From Desulfotalea psychrophila LSv54 (GTDB taxonomy: Bacteria; Desulfobacterota; Desulfobulbia; Desulfobulbales; Desulfocapsaceae), in contig NC_006138.1 in assembly GCF_000025945.1 (NCBI RefSeq), positions 90,001-122,000 of the forward strand: a DNA stretch of 32,000 nucleotides, given 5' to 3'. How positions within the stretch are numbered: position 1 is the first letter of the stretch; every line of letters begins with the position of its first letter. Positions 7,644 through 16,875 of the stretch are shown here, piece by piece. A program made the translations under genes and the position numbers. The notes beneath the pieces were generated by a model that was given only the letters and a program-made list of their open reading frames with translations, made no database searches and was not told the origin of the DNA.

Positions 7644-8453
7644 ATGTTTGCACCCAAAAACATCCCCCACTCAAAACAGGGCCCCGGATCCCTTGTCTTT
7701 GATTGCCTATTTTTCCTAGTGCTCCTCGTGATCCTGGGCTGGTTGGCTGACAGGAGTATCGAAAACCTGGGTTACTATTGGCAGTGGTATCAAATACCTG
7801 ATTTTATAGGTAGCTTCACAGGTGGCAGTTTCAAGGCCGGCCCCTTACTCAAGGGACTGAAAATCACCCTACAGATATCCGGAATCAGCCTGGTCTGTGC
7901 CTTCTTTATTGGCCTTACCACCGCCCTACTTCGCCTCTCATCCTCGAGAGTAGGCCATGGACTTGCCGTTTTTTATCTTGAAATAAGTCGTAACACTCCA
8001 CTACTGATCCAGATATTTTTTATCTACTTTGTTTTTGGCCCCATCCTCGGGCTGGAGAGGTTTAGCTCAGCAATCCTTGCCCTTTCTCTCTTTGAAGGTG
8101 CCTACACCTCTGAAATTTTTCGGACGGGAATTCTCTCCATAGACCGGGGACAACACGAGGCCGCTGCCAGCTTTGGTCTGTCAAATATACAGCGATACCG
8201 ATTTATCATCCTGCCCCAGGCAATAAAAAAGATTCTCCCACCACTGACCAACCAGGCTATTTCCCTGGTTAAAGATTCTGCACTGGTCAGCACCATTGCC
8301 ATCTATGATCTCACCATGCAGGCCCAGATGTTGGTGGCAGAGACCTATCTTTCCTTTGAGATTTGGTTCACAGTTGCCCTTATATACCTCTGTATCAATA
8401 TCCTCTTATCAATCGCTGTTTTTCTTATGGACAAAAAGTTCAACTATTCCTAA
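7644..8453 (+). CDS. Amino-acid ABC transporter permease (His/Glu/Gln/Arg/opine family)
   Basis: 269-aa membrane ORF with the EAA-loop region IDRGQHEAAASFGLSNIQRYRFIILPQA that is characteristic of polar amino-acid permeases. Confidence 0.9.
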   Translation: MFAPKNIPHSKQGPGSLVFDCLFFLVLLVILGWLADRSIENLGYYWQWYQIPDFIGSFTGGSFKAGPLLKGLKITLQISGISLVCAFFIGLTTALLRLSSSRVGHGLAVFYLEISRNTPLLIQIFFIYFVFGPILGLERFSSAILALSLFEGAYTSEIFRTGILSIDRGQHEAAASFGLSNIQRYRFIILPQAIKKILPPLTNQAISLVKDSALVSTIAIYDLTMQAQMLVAETYLSFEIWFTVALIYLCINILLSIAVFLMDKKFNYS

Positions 8454-8468
8454 ACAAAGGAGAAAAAA

Positions 8469-9296
8469 ATGAAGGTTCAAAAAATTGCTTTCTTCACCCT
8501 AGCCCTGCTCTGTATAATGATGCTAGGCACGGTTCAGGCAAGTCAAATTCAGGGTGACATAACCCGTTCAAGCGTTATCAGTAAAATTCAAAAAAAACGA
8601 GTCCTCCGTGTTGGCATGGACGTTTTTCAACCCTGGGCAATGAAAAATAAGAAAGGGGAACTGGTGGGCTTTGAAATTGACGTTGCCCGCAGGCTGGCAA
8701 AAGATATGGGCGTTCGAGTTGAATTTGTGCCCACCCCCTGGTCCGGAATCGTGCCAGCCCTCCTCACCGGAAAATTCGATGTTCTTATTGGCGGCATAGG
8801 CATTACCAGCAAACGGGCCCTCAAGGTCAACTTCACCATTCCCTATGATTATTCGGGAATGGGAATTGTCGCCCACAGGAAATTGGCCAAGGGCTTCTCC
8901 TCCATTGAAGACTTTAACCGTCCCGAGATTGAAATTGCGGTAAAGCTAGGGACAAGCGCAGTTACTGCCACCAAAAAATATATGCCCAGAGCAAAGCTTC
9001 GAATGTTTGACACAGAAATCCAAGCCTATCAGGAACTTCGCAATGGCAAGGTCGCGGCCGTAGTGGGTTCTGCACCTCGTCCGGTCTATGAGGCCCTTGA
9101 TTATCAGGACATCCTCTTTAATCCCATAGCGGACACCTTCAGCCAAGAGCCCATTGCCTTTGCCCTGAGAAAAGGTGACCCCGATGCCCTGGCCTTCTTC
9201 AATGCCTGGATCAGGATTGTCGACCATGAGGGCTGGCTTAAGGAACGTCATAACTACTGGTTCAACAGTAAAGAGTGGATAGATCAAGTAGAATAG
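8469..9296 (+). CDS. Amino-acid ABC transporter substrate-binding protein (SBP family 3)
   Basis: 275-aa ORF with a signal peptide (MKVQKIAFFTLALLCIMMLGTVQA). The motifs LRVGMD...PWAMKNKKGELVGFEIDVARRLAKDMG and FDVLIGGIGITSKR are typical family-3 motifs. Confidence 0.9.
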   Translation: MKVQKIAFFTLALLCIMMLGTVQASQIQGDITRSSVISKIQKKRVLRVGMDVFQPWAMKNKKGELVGFEIDVARRLAKDMGVRVEFVPTPWSGIVPALLTGKFDVLIGGIGITSKRALKVNFTIPYDYSGMGIVAHRKLAKGFSSIEDFNRPEIEIAVKLGTSAVTATKKYMPRAKLRMFDTEIQAYQELRNGKVAAVVGSAPRPVYEALDYQDILFNPIADTFSQEPIAFALRKGDPDALAFFNAWIRIVDHEGWLKERHNYWFNSKEWIDQVE

Positions 9297-9320
9297 AGAG
9301 CTCGGGAAGCAAAAAAATAT

Positions 9321-10220
9321 ATGCAAAAACAAAAAAATTTCAGCCTCCTCGACGGAATGCTCCTTTTGGCCCTGAGCACTGGTCTTGCCTTCCTCCTCTA
9401 TCGTCTCGTCTGGGGAATGAACTATCACTGGAGATGGCAGGCTGTTCTACCATATATATATTATATTAATCCTCAGACAGGAGAAGGCAGGCCCAGTGTG
9501 CTCCTGGAAGGTCTTTTTACCACCATTCGGCTCTCCATCTGGGCGATGATATTTGCCACCCTTATCGGCTTTAGCATGGGCATCATGCGCACCAGCAGCA
9601 GATTGTTCTTTCGTCTGGTGGGCACCACCTATATCACCCTTATTCGCAATACTCCCCCCTTGGTACTGATCTTCATCTTTTACTACTTTATCAGCGACCA
9701 GCTCTTTGCCCTTCTGCCCCTTGATGACTTTATGCGAAACCTCTCGCCAAGGAGCCAGAGGGCAATATCTCTCTTCTTCTCAAAGCCTGAGACAATTACA
9801 CCTTTTTTCTCGGGTATCTTGACTCTGGCCCTATTCCAGGGAGCCTATATAGGCGAGATTGTTCGAGCGGGCATAGAGGCCGTTGACCGAGGACAGTGGG
9901 AAGCGTCAAGCGCCCTGGGGCTCACTAAATGGACCCAGTTACGCAGCGTCATCCTGCCCCAGGCTGTACGAACAATGCTCCCGACCCTGGCCAATGAGTT
10001 TATCAATACTATTAAATGGTCCTCCATCGTCTCCATTATCTCCATCCAGGAACTCACCTTCCAGGGCATGCAGGTAATGGCTTCAAGCCAGGCCACCCTT
10101 GAGGTTTGGCTTATTATCACCAGTATGTACCTTATTATCTGCCTCTTTTTATCATATATTGTACATTGTATTGAAAAGCGTATTGCAGACCCAGACCGGA
10201 TGCAGGGGCTTGCCCTTTAA
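9321..10220 (+). CDS. Amino-acid ABC transporter permease (second subunit)
   Basis: 299-aa membrane ORF with the EAA loop VDRGQWEASSALGLTKWTQLRSVILPQA. Confidence 0.9.
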   Translation: MQKQKNFSLLDGMLLLALSTGLAFLLYRLVWGMNYHWRWQAVLPYIYYINPQTGEGRPSVLLEGLFTTIRLSIWAMIFATLIGFSMGIMRTSSRLFFRLVGTTYITLIRNTPPLVLIFIFYYFISDQLFALLPLDDFMRNLSPRSQRAISLFFSKPETITPFFSGILTLALFQGAYIGEIVRAGIEAVDRGQWEASSALGLTKWTQLRSVILPQAVRTMLPTLANEFINTIKWSSIVSIISIQELTFQGMQVMASSQATLEVWLIITSMYLIICLFLSYIVHCIEKRIADPDRMQGLAL

Positions 10221-10246
10221 CTCACAAAAGGTAATAGGAACAAGCT

Positions 10247-11623
10247 ATGACCAATCAAGAAGAGAACATTAATGCCCCGTCTCCATTTTCACTTCGAAAT
10301 GTACGTCTCTTTATTGCCTTTCGAGTATTCTTTAACGCTCGATTCTATTACCCCGTTTTCACTATTCTTTTTCTTGACTACGGCCTCACCATCGAACAAT
10401 TTGCCCTCCTCAACACAGTTTGGGCCGTAACTATATTTTTCTCCGAGGTGCCATCGGGAGCCCTGGCCGATATTATTGGCCGCAAAAAACTTCTCTTACT
10501 CACCTCATGCCTCATGATTGTTGAGCTCTCACTGATCGCCTTTGTTCCCTTGGGAAACTCTAAACTCATATTTGCCGCGTTTCTCCTCAATCGCGTTCTC
10601 AGCGGGCTTGCCGAGGCCATGGCCAGTGGTGCAGATGAGGCCCTTACCTACGACACCCTTATGCAAAAAGGCTTGGCCGGCAAATGGCCCAAGGTGCTCA
10701 GTGTCCAGATGAGATTTCGCGCAGTTGCCGTTATGATCTCTGTGACCCTTGGTTCAATCGTCTATGATTCTCATGCTATGAACAGAATTCTCCACTTTCT
10801 CGGCTCAAGCATAAGCCTGACTCAGGAAACAACCATGCGTTTTCCCATCTACCTTACCCTGATTCTTGGCTTTTTAGCCTTTGCGACGGTATGTATGATG
10901 GAAGAGCCACAGGAAACAGCCACCGAGGAACCACTGTGCATCAAACAGGCCTTTTATAAAACAATGCAGGCAGGCAAATGGATAATGGCATGCCCCTTTG
11001 CTCTCGCCATCATCATGATCGCCATGTGCTATGACCATAGTCTCCGTATGATCGTCACCATGACCAGTCAATATTTCCGTGTTGTTGGCCTGCCCGACGC
11101 AAGTTTTGGTATCATTGGCGCTGCCATGGCGGTGCTTGGCCTGATTACCCCAAGGATTGCAGAGCATATGGTGATCAGCTATAGTGCCAAAAAAAATATT
11201 GCTATTACAGGAGCCATAGCCCTTCTTGGCCTCTTTGGTCTGACCAGCTTTTCAATCTTCTATGGTCTCCTGGCAGTTGCCCTTGTCTTTACCGGGCTTA
11301 CCTTTACCAGCTTCTTTACCAGTCACTACCTCAACAGTATCACCCCCTCGGAAATGCGAGCCACGGTGCTGAGCTTTAAGGGAATGATGTTTAATTTATC
11401 CTATGCACTTATTGGTATTTTTTTCGCAGCGCTAATGAAAGCGCAAGAAAGCAAAATCATCAGTAATCAACCGCACCTCGGTAAGCAAATGGTAGAAAAT
11501 CTCGCCTTCAGAGACTCTATAGGCTACTTTGCCCCCTACCTCTTGATCTTAATGCTCATCGGCTTTATCTTTTTCCGCCAAGGTTTAGGCAATAAGCCTA
11601 AGATATATAAAAATAATTTTTAG
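10247..11623 (+). CDS. MFS transporter
   Basis: 458-aa ORF with about 12 hydrophobic segments. The motif EVPSGALADIIGRKK after TM2 is the MFS loop 2-3 signature (G..aD..GRr). Confidence 0.85.
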   Translation: MTNQEENINAPSPFSLRNVRLFIAFRVFFNARFYYPVFTILFLDYGLTIEQFALLNTVWAVTIFFSEVPSGALADIIGRKKLLLLTSCLMIVELSLIAFVPLGNSKLIFAAFLLNRVLSGLAEAMASGADEALTYDTLMQKGLAGKWPKVLSVQMRFRAVAVMISVTLGSIVYDSHAMNRILHFLGSSISLTQETTMRFPIYLTLILGFLAFATVCMMEEPQETATEEPLCIKQAFYKTMQAGKWIMACPFALAIIMIAMCYDHSLRMIVTMTSQYFRVVGLPDASFGIIGAAMAVLGLITPRIAEHMVISYSAKKNIAITGAIALLGLFGLTSFSIFYGLLAVALVFTGLTFTSFFTSHYLNSITPSEMRATVLSFKGMMFNLSYALIGIFFAALMKAQESKIISNQPHLGKQMVENLAFRDSIGYFAPYLLILMLIGFIFFRQGLGNKPKIYKNNF

Positions 11624-11671
11624 ATCTGTTCTTGAAAATATCACCAAATACACCCATAAAAGGGATCTCAT

Positions 11672-12082
11672 ATGCTCAAACGATTTTCTATTTCTCTCGA
11701 TGATAATTTACTCGAAATTTTTGACCAACACATTGCTGAAAAAGCATACAATAATCGTTCTGAAGCCATCCGCGATCTTATCCGTAAAAACTTTGTCTTA
11801 AAGGAGTGGGAGGAGGATCGTGATGTAATGGGAGTAATCAGCCTTATCTACGATCACCATCAATCCCAATTACAAAAAAAAGTTACGGATCTTCAGCACG
11901 ATTTCCATCACCATATCGTCTCTACCACCCATGTACATATGGATCACGATAATTGCCTTGAAGTCATTATCGTCAAGGGAAGAGCGGGTGATGTTATAGA
12001 ACTTGCCGACGGACTTGCTGCCTTAAAGGGAGTTCGGGATAGCAACCTGGCAATGAACAGTACAGGAAAATCACTACATTAA
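11672..12082 (+). CDS. nikR: Nickel-responsive transcriptional regulator NikR
   Basis: 136-aa ORF. It has an N-terminal ribbon-helix-helix (RFSISLDDNLLEIFD...YNNRSEAIRDLIR) and a C-terminal metal-binding domain with His clusters (YDHH...HDFHHH...HVHMDHDNCLEV). Confidence 0.9.
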   Translation: MLKRFSISLDDNLLEIFDQHIAEKAYNNRSEAIRDLIRKNFVLKEWEEDRDVMGVISLIYDHHQSQLQKKVTDLQHDFHHHIVSTTHVHMDHDNCLEVIIVKGRAGDVIELADGLAALKGVRDSNLAMNSTGKSLH

Positions 12083-12103
12083 GAGAGGACAAAGGTAGAA
12101 GAG

Positions 12104-12959
12104 ATGACAAAAGCACAACCAATATCAGTACACGGTGGCCATAGCGGCCAATTTTGTAGTCACGCAGTGGATAGTCTTGAGGATATCGTCTTAAGATACA
12201 TAGAGCTTGGTTTTCCCTGGGTTGGCATTACCCGAGCACGCCCCTTCAATAAGTGAAGAGCTTCTCTATCCTGATCAAAAAAAACTTGGTCTCACCCCTG
12301 AATTTTTATTCAATAGATTTGTTCTCTACATCGAAGAGTGCCGGAGACTTCAGGCCAAATACAGGGACAAAATCAAAATTTCCGTTGCCATGGAGATTGA
12401 AACCTACAGTGGTTACGACACCTTTGTCCCCTCTCTTATGGAGCAATTTTCCCCGGAATATCTGGTCGGTTCTGTCCACTTTGTCGATGACATGGGCATT
12501 GATTATTCCGCAGAACAGTATAATGCTACTGCTGAAAAAATTGGTGGTATTGACAAAATGTACTGCCACTACTTTGATATTCAATTTGAAATGATGGAGA
12601 GACTCCGCCCCTCCGTGGTGGGACATTTTGACCTGGTACGCATTTTTGATAACGACTACCAAAACAGACTGCAAAAACCTGAAATTATGTCCAAAATCGA
12701 ACGTAATCTCGAATTTATAAAGAAACACGACCTGATCATGGACTTCAACCTGCGGGCATTGACCAAGGGCGCACAAGAGCCCTATATCAGCAAGGCCATC
12801 CTTGAACGAGCACGTGAACTGGAGATTGCCGTTGTCCCTGGCGATGATTCCCACGGCGTAAGCCAAGTAGCTAACCACATGAGCAGAGCCATTGAGATCC
12901 TCAGTCACCACGGTTTCTCCACCAACTGGCAGAAACCACGTGGAGCTCAAACCGCCTAA
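12104..12959 (+). pseudogene. Histidinol phosphatase, PHP family (HisJ/HisK type), interrupted by a 1-nt insertion near 12231-12233
   Basis: The frame from ATG 12104 reads MTKAQPISVHGGHSGQFCSHAVDSLEDIVLRYIELGFPWVGIT, then RARPFNK and TGA at 12254-12256. The conserved continuation EHAPSISEE... is in the +1 frame, which is the 12207-12959 ORF. Together these restore the PHP motif G.TEH.P. The total of 856 nt equals 3n+1. Confidence 0.8.
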
Positions 12960-13203
12960 GCTTTCATGGAGGGGCGAAATGACAGCTCATTCGCCCTGCC
13001 CTTACCCACCCCTACTCAACTCTTATCTCGCCATGGACCTCACAGACCACGCCCTGCACTCGAATACCCCTAATCCCAAAAAAAGATAACCTCTAGCCAA
13101 GAATTCATGGGCAGATTAAATTTTGCTAGAATAAAAATAACTCTCTAAGCTACAATAAGAGTACATGCACACCCCTCAGCAATTTTCATAAAAGGAAATA
13201 ATA

Positions 13204-15273
13204 ATGAAAAAGCTTCTCTACTTAATTTTTGCCGCTCTTCTGCTGATTATAATCGGCTTTGGCGCCCTCTTTTTTCTGATAGATCCCAACCAACTGAAGC
13301 CGACAATTGCCGATCAGGTAAAAAAGGCCACCGGCAGGGAACTGGTCATCAGCGGGGATATGAGCTGGAAAATATTCCCCCGCATAGGCTTCTCCCTGGG
13401 AGAAACTACTCTGCAAAGCCCTCCCGGCTTTGCAGAGAATTTCGTTCAATTCAGCAATGCAGAACTGGACCTTGCCCTGATGCCACTCCTCTCTCACCGT
13501 CTTGAAATAGGCAACATAAACCTCAAAAATGCCCATATCTTCATTCAAACTCTGGCCGATGGCAGATCAAATATGGATGGGATGATAACCGGTAAAAAAG
13601 AGGCAGAAGAGAAACAAAGCACCTCCGCAGAGACAGCGGAGAAAGCCCCATGGGACATTATCCTCCAGGGTATATCGCTGACCAATGCCAGTGCAACCAT
13701 TCGTAATGACAAAACGGGAGACCTTAAGACAATGAGCAAGCTGAATTTTAGTCTTGATCATTTTAGTCCCGGCGAATGGAGCAAGATAAGTTTTTCCCTA
13801 TCGGCCACGAGCAATGAAATCACCGTAAGCTCTTCAGGGCAGACGGGAATTTTCATAGCGGCGGATCTGGGGGAAGTGAAGCTCAAGAAGCTTCATCTGG
13901 AAACTAGTGCCACCACCCCGGAAATACAGATAGAATCCGTCAGGATAGACCTTGATCAATTTACCGTGGGCCAGGATGGCAATCTAACATTTTCCATCAA
14001 GGGGAAAAAGAGAGATCTAGACTTTGCCTCTAAAGGAAGCACAAAGATCAAGAGCGACAGGGCCTTTAACCAGCTACAGGTAACAGGCCTACAGGTAGAG
14101 ACGAACCTTAAAGGAGATGCCCTGCCCAAAAAGAAACTCAATCTCATCCTCAAGGCCGATTCCAACTATAATGTCGAACAAAGCCTCCTCACCATCCCCT
14201 CCCTTGAAGCAGACATTGAGCAGATGATCATCAAGGGCAAGGCCTCCTTTAAAGATGGTCGGGTACGACAGATCCGATTCAATATGAGTAGTGAGAGTAT
14301 CGATATTGATCAGCTACTCGGCATGAATAAGGCCAAACCTGCGGCAAAGCCCAGCCAAACGGGCCCGGAAGTAAAAGCGACCATATCCGATCAGGAACCG
14401 GACCTCAGCGCCCTTAAACAGCTTGATCTCATCGGCACTCTTGCCGTAGATAAATTTAAGGCAAGGGGAGTCCATGTCACCGACGTCCTGATCAATCTCA
14501 AGATCCAAAAGGGTATTGCCGAAATTTCCTCCCTTGCAGCAAACCTTTATAAGGGTAGCATCAAGGCAAGGGTCAAGATCAACAGCAACAACAGACCTGC
14601 CACCTACCTTGCCAAAAAAGAGATAGTGGGGGTAGATGCACGGCCACTGCTCATGGACCTTGCCGACATAAAAATGCTGGAAGGAAAGGCCAAGGTCTCC
14701 ATAGACGTGGCTGGACGTGGCCTGAGCCAAAAGAAAATCAGAAGTAATATCAAGGGAACAGTAGACCTGCAATTTGCTGACGGTGCCATCCACGGAGTCA
14801 ACATTCCCAAGATGCTCCGTGAGGCAGCTGCTATCCTCAAGGGAGAAGTCATAACCGAAAAAGAACAGGGCGAGCTAAAAACCGATTTTAGCTCAATGGG
14901 CATGACCCTCACCCTGGCAAAGGGAGTGGCAAAAACCAACAACCTCAAACTCATATCACCACTATTCATAGTTAAGGGGGCAGGAGAGACGAACCTGGTG
15001 AAAGAAGACCTTAACTTCCTCCTCAAAACAGCCCTGGCCAAAGAGCTACAGGGGCAGGAGGCAGAAGAGCTCCGCTCTCTCCGTGGCCTGGAAATCCCCA
15101 TCAAGATAACGGGGACTTGGCAGATGCCTAAATTCAGCCTCAGCCTTGAAGAAATAGCCAAAGAAAAGGCCAAGCAGGAGATCAAGCGCGGCCTTGAAGA
15201 AATATTTGGTAAGGAAAAAGAGGGCGAGCCCGTAAGCCCTGAGAGGAAAATTTTGCAGAACCTTTTCAACTAA
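13204..15273 (+). CDS. asmA: AsmA family outer-membrane biogenesis protein
   Basis: 689-aa ORF with an N-terminal membrane anchor (LLYLIFAALLLIIIGFGALFFLIDPNQLKP). It has a long beta-rich repetitive body and a C-terminal segment (DLQFADGAIHGVNIPKMLREA...) typical of AsmA/AsmA-like C-termini. Confidence 0.85.
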   Translation: MKKLLYLIFAALLLIIIGFGALFFLIDPNQLKPTIADQVKKATGRELVISGDMSWKIFPRIGFSLGETTLQSPPGFAENFVQFSNAELDLALMPLLSHRLEIGNINLKNAHIFIQTLADGRSNMDGMITGKKEAEEKQSTSAETAEKAPWDIILQGISLTNASATIRNDKTGDLKTMSKLNFSLDHFSPGEWSKISFSLSATSNEITVSSSGQTGIFIAADLGEVKLKKLHLETSATTPEIQIESVRIDLDQFTVGQDGNLTFSIKGKKRDLDFASKGSTKIKSDRAFNQLQVTGLQVETNLKGDALPKKKLNLILKADSNYNVEQSLLTIPSLEADIEQMIIKGKASFKDGRVRQIRFNMSSESIDIDQLLGMNKAKPAAKPSQTGPEVKATISDQEPDLSALKQLDLIGTLAVDKFKARGVHVTDVLINLKIQKGIAEISSLAANLYKGSIKARVKINSNNRPATYLAKKEIVGVDARPLLMDLADIKMLEGKAKVSIDVAGRGLSQKKIRSNIKGTVDLQFADGAIHGVNIPKMLREAAAILKGEVITEKEQGELKTDFSSMGMTLTLAKGVAKTNNLKLISPLFIVKGAGETNLVKEDLNFLLKTALAKELQGQEAEELRSLRGLEIPIKITGTWQMPKFSLSLEEIAKEKAKQEIKRGLEEIFGKEKEGEPVSPERKILQNLFN

Positions 15274-15299
15274 CAGCTAAAAATCTGTGCCAACAGCAA

Positions 15300-15328
15300 T
15301 CAGGCCCAGCTTATGAAGCTGGGCCTGA
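15300..15328. terminator. Perfect 13-bp-stem hairpin between the convergent asmA and doxX genes (possible bidirectional terminator)
   Basis: tcaggcccagctt-atg-aagctgggcctga, with arms checked as exact reverse complements. There is no clear U-tract on either side, so function is inferred from position only. Confidence 0.45.
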
Positions 15329-15351
15329 CCCTGCTTTACCTCTCGCCAGCC

Positions 15352-15756
15352 CTAATCTCCCCTGAGGGCAAGCTTGCCACTGCCCAAAAAAACAATGGCT
15401 AAGGCACCGAAGAGATAAAAGGCCTGAAGTTCAAGATACCATCCTCCATGGGGCGTGAAGGCTAAAAAATCATCCATATGGACGAGACCCACGGCAACGG
15501 CCATTTGCACGGTAACAATGAAGGCACCGAGACGGGCCCGGTATCCTAAAATAATCATTATCGGGGCAATAACTTCGCCTAGATACACACCATAGGCAAG
15601 GACTGCGGGCAGATCAACTGCAACCAAACTCCTACCTATAAAATCCAGACTATCTGGATTCAGCACCTTACTAAGACCATGAACCAACAACAAGCCACCA
15701 AGATTCAAACGCAACAACAGCTTGCCACAGGCATCACAGTAAACTTGTTTAACCAT
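15352..15756 (-). CDS. DoxX family membrane protein
   Basis: 134 aa from the ATG at 15756, preceded by AAGAGGAG. LLRLNLGGLLLVHGLSK is the DoxX N-terminal motif, and there are four hydrophobic helices. The ORF track's upstream start at 15798 lacks an RBS. Confidence 0.8.
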   Translation of the reverse strand: MVKQVYCDACGKLLLRLNLGGLLLVHGLSKVLNPDSLDFIGRSLVAVDLPAVLAYGVYLGEVIAPIMIILGYRARLGAFIVTVQMAVAVGLVHMDDFLAFTPHGGWYLELQAFYLFGALAIVFLGSGKLALRGD

Positions 15757-15859
15757 ATCAGCTCCTCTTAGTTGAAATGGAATTATCATCAATACCAATA
15801 CGCTTGCAAAAAGCAGTGCCTCCCCTCAACTATCTCAGCTGCGACAGACAAAAAATATT

Positions 15860-16675
15860 TTAACCAAGGGCAACATCAAGAATCATCATCACCGAAAATC
15901 CGGTCATGGTTGCCATGGTAACAATATCAATGTGTTCATACTTTCTCTGGGACTCCGGAATCAATTCCTCCACCACCACAAAGATCATGGCACCGGCCGC
16001 AAAACAGAGGGCATAGGGGAGAACAGGTTGCATCTTCAAGACAAAGAGGGCCCCCAAAACACCGGCAATCGGTTCGACTATACCCGAGGCCTGGCCAAAG
16101 AAAAAACTTTTGCCCTTGGACATACCCTCTCTTCTCAGAGGCATGGAAACAGCTGTCCCTTCAGGAAAGTTTTGAATGCCAATACCAATGGCCAGGGCTA
16201 TGGCCGCGCCGAGGGTCGCCGAAGGCAGGCCAGCCGCCGCAGCACCAAAAGCCACCCCTACGGCCAATCCCTCTGGAATATTATGCAGGGTAATGGCCAG
16301 AACAAGCAGGGTACTTCTCTGCCAGGAGGTTTTTATACCTTCACTCTTATTCATGCCCAAACTGGGATGAAGATGAGGCAATAACCTATCCGTTATGCGC
16401 ATAAATATCCCCCCTCCCATAAAGCCTATGACTGCAGTCAACCATGGGGTTTGCCCTAAATGTTCAGCCATCTCAATGCCAGGGGCAAGCAATGACCAAA
16501 AACTTGCAGCAATCATTACCCCGGCAGCAAATCCAAGCATACAGTCCAGCAATTTTTGGTTCACCCTCTTGGTAAAAAAGACCAGAGCCGCCCCGGCAGC
16601 CGTCACCGCCCAGGTAAACAGAGTCGCAATAAATGCCTGGCCGACAGGGCTGAATTGCTGAAAAAAATCAACCAT
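15860..16675 (-). CDS. ZIP family metal (zinc/iron) transporter, GufA/ZupT-like
   Basis: 271-aa polytopic [21 protein letters not shown] and [12 protein letters not shown] are the ZIP signature helices. An AGGAGG RBS precedes the ATG. Confidence 0.9.
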   Translation of the reverse strand: MVDFFQQFSPVGQAFIATLFTWAVTAAGAALVFFTKRVNQKLLDCMLGFAAGVMIAASFWSLLAPGIEMAEHLGQTPWLTAVIGFMGGGIFMRITDRLLPHLHPSLGMNKSEGIKTSWQRSTLLVLAITLHNIPEGLAVGVAFGAAAAGLPSATLGAAIALAIGIGIQNFPEGTAVSMPLRREGMSKGKSFFFGQASGIVEPIAGVLGALFVLKMQPVLPYALCFAAGAMIFVVVEELIPESQRKYEHIDIVTMATMTGFSVMMILDVALG

Positions 16676-16813
16676 CAGATACCTCCTAGGAAATGAAAGT
16701 CCCTAAAGTAAATAACATGAGCGGGAAATAAACGTCCGGTGAGAGAGATCTTTTAAAAAAATCTTTTCCCATAGACTAATCAGTTAAAGAATTTTAACAC
16801 AGAGAGGGGAGAT

Positions 16814-16860
16814 AAAAAAAGCGGTATTCTCAACCAATGAATTTGGTTGAGAATACCGCT
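16814..16860 (-). terminator. Rho-independent terminator downstream of nhaC
   Basis: 18-bp perfect stem (agcggtattctcaaccaa / ttggttgagaataccgct) with a 5-nt loop. On the minus strand it is followed by a run of 7 T (A-run at 16814-16820 on the plus strand). It lies about 16 nt past the nhaC stop. Confidence 0.8.
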
Positions 16861-16875
16861 CAAGAGAAGCTTTCT

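Noticed and set aside
5999-11623. An aas-lplT-like lysophospholipid recycling pair (Aas-like ligase plus MFS transporter)
   Set aside because: The ligase lacks the acyltransferase domain. Three ABC importer genes separate the two genes. The MFS N-terminus does not resemble E. coli LplT as I recall it.
12227-12256. Programmed +1 ribosomal frameshift in the histidinol phosphatase gene
   Set aside because: There is no in-frame stop or rare codon at the shift site (the stop lies 8 codons downstream). There is no upstream SD-like stimulator as in prfB. A second unrelated 3n+1 frameshift in a C-tract in the same window points to mutation or a sequencing error.
12306-12950. 214-aa antisense ORF inside the histidinol phosphatase gene. 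Similar shadow ORFs lie at 14604-15269 (-), 16943-17347 (+), 25308-25826 (+), 26000-26554 (+), 26924-27346 (+) and 31542-31901 (-).
   Set aside because: All lie entirely inside, and antisense to, genes with strong family motifs. They lack RBSs and recognisable domains. They are typical shadow ORFs.
16700-16800. Possible Zur/Fur box upstream of the ZIP transporter gene
   Set aside because: Only short A/T-rich direct repeats (atctttt twice) and a fragment atgttat were seen. No convincing palindrome resembling known Zur or Fur consensus sites was found.
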